Positions 46,091 to 55,477 of a stretch of 64,000 bases of DNA are shown in pieces (position 1 is the stretch's first letter; every line of letters begins with the position of its first letter). Both the position numbers and the translations under genes were made by a program. Source of the DNA: Candidatus Omnitrophota bacterium (GTDB lineage: Bacteria; Omnitrophota; Gorgyraeia; Zapsychrales; Fredricksoniimonadaceae); assembly GCA_903908245.1 (NCBI GenBank), contig CAIVRE010000002.1:26761-90760 (forward strand). The letters run 5' to 3'. Below the pieces are notes generated by a model. The model had not been told where the DNA came from. It ran no database searches and saw only the letters and a program-made list of their open reading frames with translations.

Positions 46091-46122
46091 AACCTCCTTC
46101 ATCCCGGGGATGAAGGAGGTTT
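46091..46122. repeat. GC-rich palindromic element containing the kinase Shine-Dalgarno (CCCCGGGG family, copy 2)
   Basis: AACCTCCTTCATCCCGGGGATGAAGGAGGTT. On the minus strand GAAGGAGG sits 10 nt upstream of the kinase ATG and is paired within the stem. Confidence 0.7.
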
Positions 46123-46146
46123 AATTACAACTGCAAAATAAACAAA

Positions 46147-46632
46147 TTACTCGGTAATGTACTGCTTCATCTCCGACCAGGTCTTCTGTCCGATAACCCC
46201 GTCTGCCTTAAGATTATGCTTCCTCTGGAACTCCACGACCGCGGCCTTGGTCTTCGGGCCGATCCTTCCGTCGATCTTGCCCTCATAAAGCCCGGCGCCT
46301 TTAAGCGCTTTCTGGACTTCGGCAGGCGCAACCGCCACACGAATAAGCCCTTCCACATCATTCGATGAGGCCGACGAAGAAGACTTGACCGATGAAGACG
46401 ATGGTGCAGAGGCCTCAACCACTGCCGGCTGCTGTTTATCGTCCAGCTTGCCGGTGATCTCCTTGACCTCGTATTTCAGGTCCACGATCTCTTTTTCCTG
46501 CTCTTCCATGCGCTGTTCGAGGTCGACCACCTGGTTCTGGACCTGATTAATAGGCGCAACCTTGGCCTGGGTCGTAGCACATCCGGCCAGAGCCACAACA
46601 CCGATCAAAACAAATAATAAACGAACGTTCAC
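46147..46632 (-). CDS. lipoprotein with C-terminal peptidoglycan-binding domain
   Basis: Lipobox LAGC, a coiled segment, then a PG_binding_1-like C-terminus (GKIDGRIGPKTKAAVVEFQRKHNLKADGVIGQKTW). Confidence 0.7.
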   Translation of the reverse strand: MNVRLLFVLIGVVALAGCATTQAKVAPINQVQNQVVDLEQRMEEQEKEIVDLKYEVKEITGKLDDKQQPAVVEASAPSSSSVKSSSSASSNDVEGLIRVAVAPAEVQKALKGAGLYEGKIDGRIGPKTKAAVVEFQRKHNLKADGVIGQKTWSEMKQYITE

Positions 46633-46674
46633 TGTAACCTCCTTTTAAAATTTTCTCCGAAAATCCCTGAAACC

Positions 46675-47352
46675 CTATTTCACCTGAAAAAGTTTTTTGA
46701 CCACCGGCATATCGTGCCGGGGCAACAAACTCGCAAAATCCCTGGTAGCCGCCTCGAACTCGTCTTCAACTGCCATGGTATATTCAAACCCCGGCCTGAC
46801 CAGCGGAACCCCGCCGAACTTCGCGCGTTCCTTTATGCCATCGATCTTAAGCGTGCCCAAATAATATGTCCGCTCAACAGATACCGGCATCTCCAGCGCA
46901 AGCGGCTCCTCGGCAATAGTGGAACCGACAGGAATAGCGATCGCTGTTACCGCGTATTTCCCCGGCGGAAGCTGAAGGAAGAAATATCCCGGCTCCATGA
47001 CCTCCCCCTTGCCCCAAGGCAGTAAATTCTGGTTGCTCTTGCTGCCCACATAAAAATAATAGACCCGGGAGGGGTCGGCCTGGTCAACAATGGTGAGCCG
47101 CGCGTAAGCGACCTTCAAAAGCCCGCAAAAATCCGTTTTACCGAATACAAGCCCCTTCGCCGGCATCTTCTTTCCTGCCGGCAGATGATGTGCCGCGGCC
47201 GCTGGTTGCGGCGCAATTGGTATATTGCCTGAATTAGAGCCCTCACGCTGACTGTGCCCGCTTTTTGAAAGAACAGCACACCCCGACAGACTACAAAAAA
47301 ATAACAGTAAAACCAGACACTTCCACATTTCAGGACACGATAGGATGACCAC
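46675..47352 (-). CDS. lipoprotein, function unknown
   Basis: Lipobox LSGC, 225 aa. Confidence 0.5.
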   Translation of the reverse strand: MVILSCPEMWKCLVLLLFFCSLSGCAVLSKSGHSQREGSNSGNIPIAPQPAAAAHHLPAGKKMPAKGLVFGKTDFCGLLKVAYARLTIVDQADPSRVYYFYVGSKSNQNLLPWGKGEVMEPGYFFLQLPPGKYAVTAIAIPVGSTIAEEPLALEMPVSVERTYYLGTLKIDGIKERAKFGGVPLVRPGFEYTMAVEDEFEAATRDFASLLPRHDMPVVKKLFQVK

Positions 47353-47424
47353 TGATTAAATTCGGGGTTTAGTTTAGCAAAAAGAAATTTTATTGGATAG
47401 GGATTATTTTACTTTTAATGAATA

Positions 47425-47460
47425 CCGACAAAAAAACAACGGGCGAGGTCTCCTTAACCC
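47425..47460 (-). terminator. Rho-independent terminator
   Basis: Minus strand reads CGGGCGGGGTTAAGGAGACCTCGCCCG followed by TTGTTTTTTTG. Confidence 0.6.
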
Positions 47461-47501
47461 CGCCCGCAGATTAAACTCTCTCTCAAAAACCGGCAGCAAC
47501 C

Positions 47502-47853
47502 CTAGGCAAGCGCTGCCGGACCAGAGGAGAGAACATGGGTCTTCCAGAACATCCTGACCGCCAATGTATGCAAATAATCGACCTGATGGATGAACCGCCC
47601 CTGCTTGAAATACACCGTCCCTTTGATACGCATAAAGAACGTTTCACTCTGGGCCTGGGTATCCACGCCCTTGAGCACACGGACCTGGGGCGCGGCAACC
47701 GTTTCAGGCACCGCTTCGGCGCGGCGCGTCAAATACACGAAACTCTTGCGGATAGCCGTATCGCAATCATTATCAGGCACAAATTCCCTTACCGAGACCA
47801 CCCGGCCACGGCTGCCTTTAAGCTCCTTCTTGGAATACACGACATTCTTCATT
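47502..47853 (-). CDS. hypothetical protein
   Basis: Starts at MKNVVYSKKEL, with GGAGGGGA 8 nt upstream. The longer 180-aa ORF overlaps plsY, and the opposite-strand ORF looks like low-complexity noise. Confidence 0.4.
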
Positions 47854-47949
47854 TTCCACGTCCCCTCCATACAAAAAGTATGGCATCTAAAAATGCGCAA
47901 AACAAGGGCTGGGAAGAAGCGCGGGAAAAGGCTTTCTCCCGACGGCAGA

Positions 47950-48597
47950 CTACGTTGGACGGCTGGTTCTTTTATGGAATGGGAGAGGGACCCTGGATTC
48001 CTGGCCATTGAGCAGGCGATGGATATTGGGCCGATGACGCACAACCACCAGAATGCAGAAAAAAATACCTAAAAGGGTCACCAAAAAAGGCACGGCAAAA
48101 ACGATCATGAATACCGGGAGTAAAATAGCTGCCACAATAGAAGATACGGAAATATACGCCGTCGCGAAAAAACACACGACCCAGCTGAGCAGGCATAAGC
48201 CGACCGGCCAACGGACAGCCGGAAGAGCCGCGGTCAGGCCGATCAGGACCCCCGCACTGGTCGCCACCCCCTTGCCGCCCTTAAACCCCAGGAAACAGGT
48301 CCAGTTATGGCCGCAAACCACCCCGATCGCGGCCAGGATACGCCCTTCCACTCCCGGAGTAAGCCATCCTGCCAGGAAAACAACCGGCAAAAGCCCCTTG
48401 ACCATATCGATCACCAGCACCGCGGTCCCGGGTAATTTCCCAAGGACCCGGAACGCGTTCGTTGCACCCATATTCCCCGAGCCATGCTGACGAATATCGA
48501 TACCCTTCATGACCTTGCCGAAAATAAACGCGGTCGGGATCGAACCTGTCAGATAACTTAATCCGGCGACCAACACAAAATTAAGGATGTTCATCAT
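47950..48597 (-). CDS. plsY: glycerol-3-phosphate acyltransferase PlsY
   Basis: SGNMGATNAFRVLG motif in a multi-transmembrane protein of 215 aa. Confidence 0.85.
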   Translation of the reverse strand: MMNILNFVLVAGLSYLTGSIPTAFIFGKVMKGIDIRQHGSGNMGATNAFRVLGKLPGTAVLVIDMVKGLLPVVFLAGWLTPGVEGRILAAIGVVCGHNWTCFLGFKGGKGVATSAGVLIGLTAALPAVRWPVGLCLLSWVVCFFATAYISVSSIVAAILLPVFMIVFAVPFLVTLLGIFFCILVVVRHRPNIHRLLNGQESRVPLPFHKRTSRPT

Positions 48598-49144
48598 TGA
48601 GCACCTTGATCCCTTCCTTCATATAAATAAGCCCGGAAACTACCGCCACAACAACGGCCAGCCACCAGATCACATGCGCCATATCCAGTTGAACAAAGAC
48701 CGTGACCACGCACACCGACTGCAGGAACGCTGTCGCCTTGCCCAGGATGTTCGGTTTTATCTCCATCGGGCAACGCTTAAGCTCGATCAAAAGGCCGCCC
48801 AGAATAAGGATCACATCGCGCGCCACGAACGTTACCACCAGCCACAACGGGAACCGTACCGCCCAGGCGAACCGCTCACCCTGCACATACAGGATGATGA
48901 GCGCGCTGATCAGGAAAAATTTGTCGGCCAGCGGGTCGAGGATCGACCCGGCTTTTGTTTTCTGATAGAACCGCCGGGCGATATAACCATCGATCACATC
49001 CGTGATCTCGGCCGTTAAATAAATGCCCAGGGACCACCAGAGCAGATACGCGCGCTCCGGCGAATACGACAACAACACCGCGATAAAGACCGGGATAAGA
49101 AGGATCCGCCCGATCGTGATCTTGTTCGCCAGGGTCAATCCCAT
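48581..49144 (-). CDS. pgsA: CDP-diacylglycerol--glycerol-3-phosphate 3-phosphatidyltransferase
   Basis: CDP-alcohol phosphatidyltransferase motif DGYIARR...GSILDPLADK. Confidence 0.85.
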   Translation of the reverse strand: MGLTLANKITIGRILLIPVFIAVLLSYSPERAYLLWWSLGIYLTAEITDVIDGYIARRFYQKTKAGSILDPLADKFFLISALIILYVQGERFAWAVRFPLWLVVTFVARDVILILGGLLIELKRCPMEIKPNILGKATAFLQSVCVVTVFVQLDMAHVIWWLAVVVAVVSGLIYMKEGIKVLNDEHP

Positions 49145-49147
49145 AGG

Positions 49148-49411
49148 TCACTCCGGAAGGACTTCAAGCTTCTCCCCCGTCTCGGGGTCGAACTCAAGAT
49201 CGCTGCTGTAATGTTTTCCCGTCGTTGGAGAATATTTTATGACCGGGGCACGGCCTGTGCCGACCACCATCCCGCCAACCACTTTTCGGGCCGCATCCAG
49301 CTGCTGGCCGACCGTCTCCGCCGGCTTGACCGGCGCTGCGGCTCCCGGCCCTGATGTCGCGCATCCGGCAAGGGACAATAACAGAAAGAATGAACAGATT
49401 ATTTTATCCAT
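49148..49411 (-). CDS. small lipoprotein, function unknown
   Basis: Lipobox LAGC, 87 aa. Confidence 0.45.
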   Translation of the reverse strand: MDKIICSFFLLLSLAGCATSGPGAAAPVKPAETVGQQLDAARKVVGGMVVGTGRAPVIKYSPTTGKHYSSDLEFDPETGEKLEVLPE

Positions 49412-50001
49412 CGTATCCTGTTAAGCGGCCAGAAAATGCATTCCGCCTTGCCGACCACCAGTGCCTCGGGGACAAAACCCCAGAAACGGCTGTCATGGCT
49501 GGCCGCGCTGTTATCCCCCATCACAAAATAATTTCCGGGCGGCACGGTGGTGACCCGGCCTTCCGCGCCATACATGCCCATATTGTAATAATGGATATTC
49601 GCGATCGACCCCTCTGTGACCGCTTTCCCGTTAATGAGGACTTTCCCGTCAACGATCTGCACCGTCTCACCGCCCACCGCAATAAGGCGCTTGATAAAAT
49701 CCTTATCACGGGTAACCGGGTACTTAAAAACAATAACATCCCCGCGCTTGGGCTTGACGAACCCGGGAAGACGATATTTCGTGAAGGGAACAAGCGGCCC
49801 GTACTCGACCTTGGGAACGAACAAACGATCCCCTTCAATGAGCGTCATGCGCATTGACCCTGATGGTATCTTGAACGGCTCCACCAGGAACGCCCGGATG
49901 ACCATCGCCAGGACAAAAGCGACAATGATCGACTCCGCCCACTCCCACACAACCGCTTTCCAGCCCTGCTTCTTCTGCTCGTCAACTTGTGCCATAACCA
50001 T
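49399..50001 (-). CDS. lepB: signal peptidase I
   Basis: IPSGSMRMTL catalytic Ser box and GDNSAASHDSRFWGFVP. Confidence 0.9.
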   Translation of the reverse strand: MVMAQVDEQKKQGWKAVVWEWAESIIVAFVLAMVIRAFLVEPFKIPSGSMRMTLIEGDRLFVPKVEYGPLVPFTKYRLPGFVKPKRGDVIVFKYPVTRDKDFIKRLIAVGGETVQIVDGKVLINGKAVTEGSIANIHYYNMGMYGAEGRVTTVPPGNYFVMGDNSAASHDSRFWGFVPEALVVGKAECIFWPLNRIRWIK

Positions 50002-50002
50002 C

Positions 50003-51793
50003 CTAGATTTTAAGGGCGGCCAGAAATGCTTCCTGAGGCACTTCCACCCGGCCGACCGACCTCATTTTCTTTTTACCTTCTTTTTGCTTCTCCCACAACT
50101 TGCGCTTACGGCTGATATCCCCGCCGTAACACTTGGCGGTCACATTCTTGCCCATGGATTTGATCCGGGACGAGGCGATGATACGCCCGTCGCAGGATGC
50201 CTGGATGCGGATATCAAATAATTGCGCAGGGATAAGCTCCTTTAACTTGTCGCAAAGCGCCGCGCCCTTATCGTAAGCATGGTCCTTGTGGACCAGGCAA
50301 GAAAAGGCATCGCATTCCTCATCATTGATCAAAATATCGAGCTTGGCGATCGGGGCTGCCCGGTACCCGCAAAATTCATAATCGATCGAGCCATAGCCTC
50401 GGGTGGCGGATTTCACCATGTCATTAAAATCGACAATGACTTCCGAAAGGGGGATCTCGTAGATCACCCGCATGCGGTCTGAAATATATTCACTCTTCAC
50501 AAAAATGCCGCGCTTGCGCTTGGCCAATTCCATGACCGAATCCATCGACGCGACAGGCGTGAGCACCGAAACCTTAAGGTACGGCTCTTCCACGCTCTTG
50601 ACCGCACTCATGTTCGGCAATTGCGACGGGTTCTCGATGTCCGTCATGACCCCGTCCCTGGTCTCATAACGATATCCGACATTCGGCGTTGTCAGCACCA
50701 GGCTCAGATTATACTCGCGCTCCAGGCGCTCCTGAACGACTTCCATATGCAAAAGGCCCAGGAACCCGCAGCGAAACCCGTGGCCGAACGATTGTGATGT
50801 CTCTGGCTCATAGGTGAAACTCGGATCGCTCAAACGCAGTTTATCGATGGCCTCGCGCAGATCCATATACTGGTCCGCAGTCACGGGGTAGACCCCGCAG
50901 AAAACCAGCGGCTTTAACACGCGGTACCCTTCCAGCGGAGCCGCGCAGGGATTGGCAACGTCAGTCACCGTATCACCCACCCGCACTTCCTTCGGATCGC
51001 GGATATTGCAGGTAATATAACCGACCTCCCCCGAACCAAGCTCCTTGGCCTTAACATCAAAAGGCGAATAAACACCAATGCCGTCCACCGTATATTCCTT
51101 CTGCATGTTCATCATACGGACCTTGGAGCCGACCGTGACCTTGCCATCGATCACCCGGATGAAAACAATAATACCTTTATAGACATCATATTTCATGTCG
51201 AACATGAGCGCCTTGAGCGGCTGCTTTTCATCACCATACGGTGACGGAATGAAGTCGACGATCTTTTCCAGCAAAAGATCGATATTCAACCCTTCCTTCG
51301 CCGACACTTTCTGGATATCCGATTCCTTGAATTTCAAGGTCTCGCTGAACTTGCGCACGGACGCCTCAAGGTCGATCGACGCGATATCGATCTTGTTGAT
51401 GACCGGCAGGATCTCAAGGTTATTATTGATGGCCAAATAATAGTTGGCGACGGTCTGCGACTCAACGCCCTGGGTCGCGTCCACAATAAGAAGGGCCCCT
51501 TCGCAGGCCTTGAGCGACTTCTCGACTTCATACGTGAAATCAACATGGCCGGGAGTATCGATCAGATTAAGAAGATAATCCTTCCCGTCCTTCGCCCTGT
51601 AAGTCAGGCGGACAGCGGAAGCCTTGATGGTGATGCCGCGTTCACGCTCCAGGTCCATATCATCGAGAAGCTGGTTCTTGAAACTGCGCTCATCGATCGC
51701 GCCGCAGGCGAGCATCAGCCGGTCGGCCAGCGTTGACTTGCCGTGGTCAATATGCGCGATGATCGAAAAATTGCGGATGAGTTTCTGGTCCAT
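50003..51793 (-). CDS. lepA: elongation factor 4 (LepA)
   Basis: 596 aa; IRNFSIIAHIDHGKSTLADRL. Confidence 0.95.
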   Translation of the reverse strand: MDQKLIRNFSIIAHIDHGKSTLADRLMLACGAIDERSFKNQLLDDMDLERERGITIKASAVRLTYRAKDGKDYLLNLIDTPGHVDFTYEVEKSLKACEGALLIVDATQGVESQTVANYYLAINNNLEILPVINKIDIASIDLEASVRKFSETLKFKESDIQKVSAKEGLNIDLLLEKIVDFIPSPYGDEKQPLKALMFDMKYDVYKGIIVFIRVIDGKVTVGSKVRMMNMQKEYTVDGIGVYSPFDVKAKELGSGEVGYITCNIRDPKEVRVGDTVTDVANPCAAPLEGYRVLKPLVFCGVYPVTADQYMDLREAIDKLRLSDPSFTYEPETSQSFGHGFRCGFLGLLHMEVVQERLEREYNLSLVLTTPNVGYRYETRDGVMTDIENPSQLPNMSAVKSVEEPYLKVSVLTPVASMDSVMELAKRKRGIFVKSEYISDRMRVIYEIPLSEVIVDFNDMVKSATRGYGSIDYEFCGYRAAPIAKLDILINDEECDAFSCLVHKDHAYDKGAALCDKLKELIPAQLFDIRIQASCDGRIIASSRIKSMGKNVTAKCYGGDISRKRKLWEKQKEGKKKMRSVGRVEVPQEAFLAALKI

Positions 51794-51798
51794 TTTTA

Positions 51799-52461
51799 TT
51801 ATTTCTGATGAATGCGGAGGAACATAAAGTCGACCGCTTCATCGATCGACATATTGGTGGAATCAACGCGGATGGCATCGTCGGCCTGTTTCAGCGGGCC
51901 GACTTTGCGGGAAGTGTCCTGATGGTCGCGCTCGGCCAGGTCTTTGGCCAGCGCCTCTTCATCAACATCCTGCCCCTTGGCACGCATCTCGTCAATACGG
52001 CGCCGGCAGCGCACCTTGAAATCCGCGTCGAGAAAGAACTTGTATTCCGCTTTCGGGAAAACCACGGTGCCGAGGTCGCGGCCATCGCCCACCATCGACT
52101 GGCGCAACCCCATCTTCTGCTGCCATTCTACCATCACATGGCGTACCCCGGGCGTGCGCGCGATATAGAACGTATTGTTGGTCACATCCACAGAACGGAT
52201 GGCTTCCGACACATCCTCGCCGTCGAGCAGGACCTTGAGCGGTTTGCCGGGTTCGTTCAACAGGTCGATGTGCGTATTCTTCGCCAGGCTCACCAGCGCA
52301 TCCGCATCCTCCAGCCTGACCTGACAGCGCATCGCCTTGACCGTAAGCGCACGGTACATCGCGCCCGTATCCATAAAAGCGAACCCGAGTCTTTTCGCCA
52401 GCAGCTTCGCTATCGTGCTCTTGCCCGCGCCCGCAGGCCCGTCGATCGTAATAACCATCAT
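51799..52461 (-). CDS. cmk: cytidylate kinase
   Basis: ITIDGPAGAGKST P-loop, 220 aa. Confidence 0.9.
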   Translation of the reverse strand: MMVITIDGPAGAGKSTIAKLLAKRLGFAFMDTGAMYRALTVKAMRCQVRLEDADALVSLAKNTHIDLLNEPGKPLKVLLDGEDVSEAIRSVDVTNNTFYIARTPGVRHVMVEWQQKMGLRQSMVGDGRDLGTVVFPKAEYKFFLDADFKVRCRRRIDEMRAKGQDVDEEALAKDLAERDHQDTSRKVGPLKQADDAIRVDSTNMSIDEAVDFMFLRIHQK

Positions 52462-53327
52462 TATCCTTGCTTTTTATCCAGGCTTTCCCGGCGGCCCTTG
52501 GCCTGGGTAAGATATTCCGCGAGCGCCGCCTCGTCATGCTCAAGGATGTGTTTACGCAGGTCTGCCAGCGATTTCGCCATTTCATCGATGCTCTTGAGCA
52601 CATTGCGGTAATTCGACAAACAGATATCCCCCCACATCTTCGACGATGAAGCCGCCACGCGGGTCGTATCCTTCAGGCCGGTCGAACCATAGGGCAGGAA
52701 TTCATCGGGGATCGCACGCATCATCGCGAACGCCGCCAGATGAGGAAGATGGCTGACGAACGCCATCACTTCATCATGCTTCGCAGGTTCCATGACCCGG
52801 ACCTCCGCCCCCAGTTTGGTCCAGAGATGCTTTACCTTGTCTTTCGCAAGCTTGTTGGTCCTGGATGTCGGCGTCATGATGACCGCAGCCCCCTTGAAAA
52901 GATCCGCCGACGCATTCGCCACCCCGCTCTTCTCGGAGCCCGTCATCGGATGCGACCCAACGAAAAGAACATGGGTGGGAAAATACTTCTCCGCCGCATC
53001 AACCACAAAATCCTTGGTGCTGCCCACATCCGTCACGATACAATCACGGCGCAAATGCCGGGCGATATCCTTGATATTCTCAAGGATCACCTTGACCGGC
53101 GCGGCCAGGATCACCAGGTCCGCTCCCGCGATCGCCTTGTGAAGGTCCGTCTCGGCCACATCAATGGCGCCCATGGAAAGGGCCGTGCGCAATGACGCCT
53201 CATGGCCGGACATGCCGACCACTTTCTCGGCCAACCCGTTCTTCTTGAGCGCCAACCCGATGGAACCGCCGATAAGGCCCGTCCCGAGGATCACCGCTTT
53301 ACGGAACAAATGTCTTGAAAATACCAT
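52461..53327 (-). CDS. tyrA: prephenate dehydrogenase
   Basis: Rossmann motif ILGTGLIGGSIGLAL. The start was trimmed to MVFSRHL, which overlaps the upstream stop. Confidence 0.8.
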   Translation of the reverse strand: MVFSRHLFRKAVILGTGLIGGSIGLALKKNGLAEKVVGMSGHEASLRTALSMGAIDVAETDLHKAIAGADLVILAAPVKVILENIKDIARHLRRDCIVTDVGSTKDFVVDAAEKYFPTHVLFVGSHPMTGSEKSGVANASADLFKGAAVIMTPTSRTNKLAKDKVKHLWTKLGAEVRVMEPAKHDEVMAFVSHLPHLAAFAMMRAIPDEFLPYGSTGLKDTTRVAASSSKMWGDICLSNYRNVLKSIDEMAKSLADLRKHILEHDEAALAEYLTQAKGRRESLDKKQG

Positions 53328-54343
53328 TAGATCTCCCTTCCGACGGCACGAGCCACCGCGGTAAGCTCTTCCATTAAATTTGCGAACTGCGGGCAGGTCA
53401 AACACTGCACGCCGTCCGACCACGCCTCTTCCGGGGACTCGTGCACTTCGATCAGCACGCCATCCGCTCCGGCCGCCACACCGGCCCTGGCAATACTTCC
53501 CACCAGCGATGATTTTCCCGTCCCGTGGCTGGGATCAATGATGATCGGCAAATGCGACTTCTGCTTGACCACCGGGATCGCGTTGATATCAAGCGTATTA
53601 CGGGTCTCGGTCTCGAATGTCCGGATCCCGCGCTCGCAGAGGACCACATCATAATTGCCCTGCGCCAGGATATACTCCGCCGACATCAACCATTCCTTGA
53701 TGGTCGAGCTGATCCCCCGCTTGAGCAGCACGGGCTTGCGCGCCTTGCCCACTTCCTTGAGGAGGGAAAAGTTCTGCATGTTGCGCGCACCGATCTGGAA
53801 CATGTCCGCATACCCGGCCACCAGCTCCACATCCCGCGGGTCCATGACCTCGGTCACGGTCGCGATGCCCGCTTCCTTACCGACCGCCTTCAGGATCTTT
53901 AAACCCTCTTCCCCCATGCCCTGAAAATCGTAAGGTGACGTCCGCGGCTTGAACGCCCCGCCGCGCAGCATATTCGCGCCCGCCGCCTTGACCTTTTTGG
54001 CAATGGACAAAAGCATATCATACCCTTCGATCGCACAAGGCCCCGCCATCACGACCAGCCGCTTTCCGCCGGCCACGGCAGTACCGCCGAGCTTGACCTC
54101 CGAGGCCATTCCCTTGAATTCACGCGACACGAGCTTGTACGGCGCCAATACAGGCATGACCCGCTCAACGCCCGGGAACACTTCCAGCGGGACGACCTGC
54201 AGTTTATCCTCGGGGCCGATGAGCCCGATCACCGTCCGCTCCGCACCACGCGACACATTCGCCCGCAGGCCCATCGCTTCGGTCTTCTCCAGAATATGAC
54301 GGATATTCTCTTCCGTCGCGTTCGACTGCAGGACAATGATCAT
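53327..54343 (-). CDS. 3-deoxy-7-phosphoheptulonate (DAHP) synthase with N-terminal regulatory domain
   Basis: KDO8P/DAHP-synthase TIM-barrel core (VMAGPCAIE...) preceded by an ACT/ferredoxin-like region of about 90 aa. Confidence 0.8.
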   Translation of the reverse strand: MIIVLQSNATEENIRHILEKTEAMGLRANVSRGAERTVIGLIGPEDKLQVVPLEVFPGVERVMPVLAPYKLVSREFKGMASEVKLGGTAVAGGKRLVVMAGPCAIEGYDMLLSIAKKVKAAGANMLRGGAFKPRTSPYDFQGMGEEGLKILKAVGKEAGIATVTEVMDPRDVELVAGYADMFQIGARNMQNFSLLKEVGKARKPVLLKRGISSTIKEWLMSAEYILAQGNYDVVLCERGIRTFETETRNTLDINAIPVVKQKSHLPIIIDPSHGTGKSSLVGSIARAGVAAGADGVLIEVHESPEEAWSDGVQCLTCPQFANLMEELTAVARAVGREI

Positions 54344-55431
54344 AAAACCTCTTTCAACGCCTTTAAGAAACGGTTATTCTCTGCCGGTGTCCCGATAGAA
54401 ACACGGATATAATTCTGCAGGCCCCACACGCTCATGTCGCGCACGATCACGCCCTGCTTCATCAACCCGAGCACCACATCGCGGCTGTCCCTGGGGACAC
54501 GCACCTGAATGAAATTCGTACAACCCTTGCTGAATTCAACGCCCATCTTCCTGAACGCGGCACAAAGACGTTCGCGCTCGGAAGTCTGCTCCTTGATGAT
54601 CCGCTTGTAATACGGCCCGTCATTCAGCGCTGCCAGCGCCGCAGCCTGGGCAATAGATGTAACATTGAACGGCTCGCGCGCGCGGTCCAGTAATCCGGCA
54701 AGCCCGGCCTCCGCCATGCCATAGCCGATCCGTAAACCCGCCAACCCGTAGATCTTCGAGAACGTACGCGCCACGATCACGTTCTTGTGCGTCTTTAAAA
54801 GCGCCAAAGTATCGGGATAATCTTTCGCATTGATATACTCAAAATATGCCTCGTCAAAAAATACCAGCACATCCGCAGGGAACCCGGAGAGGAACTGTGC
54901 GATCTCGGTCCTTGTCGGATACAATCCTGACGGATTATCCGGGCTTCCAATAAAGACGATCTTGGTCCTGGACGTGACCGCGGCTTTCATCTGGACAAGG
55001 TCATAACGTAGACCGTTGAGCGGCACTTCCACCACCACTGCGCCGGCCGCTATGGAGGAAATGGAATAAACCAGGAACGAAGGCTTGGCGATCACGACTT
55101 CATCGCCCGGTTCAACGAACGCGCGGATCGCCATCACAATGACCTCATCCGAACCGCAGCCGAACACGAATTGCTCGGGGGAAAGTTTCAGGCGGCGCGC
55201 CAATTCACGGCGAAGCTCGAAACAGCTGCCATCCGGATAGCGGTTCACCGACTTTGCCGCGGCGTTGATCGCTTTCAACACTTTGGGCGACGGCGGATAC
55301 GGATTCTCATTGGACGCGAGTTTAATAACGCTCTTAAGCCCGAATTCCCGCTTGACCTCTTCAATAGGCTTCCCCGGGATATACGGTTTAATTTTTAAAA
55401 TATTCTTGTTAGCTCTGTTTAACATAACCAT
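54340..55431 (-). CDS. hisC: histidinol-phosphate / aromatic aminotransferase (HisC family)
   Basis: Class II aminotransferase with a PLP lysine region (FSKIYGLAGLRIGY). The start was taken at MVMLNRANKN. Confidence 0.8.
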   Translation of the reverse strand: MVMLNRANKNILKIKPYIPGKPIEEVKREFGLKSVIKLASNENPYPPSPKVLKAINAAAKSVNRYPDGSCFELRRELARRLKLSPEQFVFGCGSDEVIVMAIRAFVEPGDEVVIAKPSFLVYSISSIAAGAVVVEVPLNGLRYDLVQMKAAVTSRTKIVFIGSPDNPSGLYPTRTEIAQFLSGFPADVLVFFDEAYFEYINAKDYPDTLALLKTHKNVIVARTFSKIYGLAGLRIGYGMAEAGLAGLLDRAREPFNVTSIAQAAALAALNDGPYYKRIIKEQTSERERLCAAFRKMGVEFSKGCTNFIQVRVPRDSRDVVLGLMKQGVIVRDMSVWGLQNYIRVSIGTPAENNRFLKALKEVL

Positions 55432-55477
55432 CGCCTTTTTCTTGTTCTCACTAAATCCGGCCTCGCCCGGGCTCACA

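Noticed and set aside
47535-48011. Plus-strand 158-aa ORF
   Set aside because: It is low-complexity and rich in R, H and G. It overlaps a minus-strand ORF that has a good Shine-Dalgarno and protein-like composition, and it breaks the otherwise uniform strand orientation.
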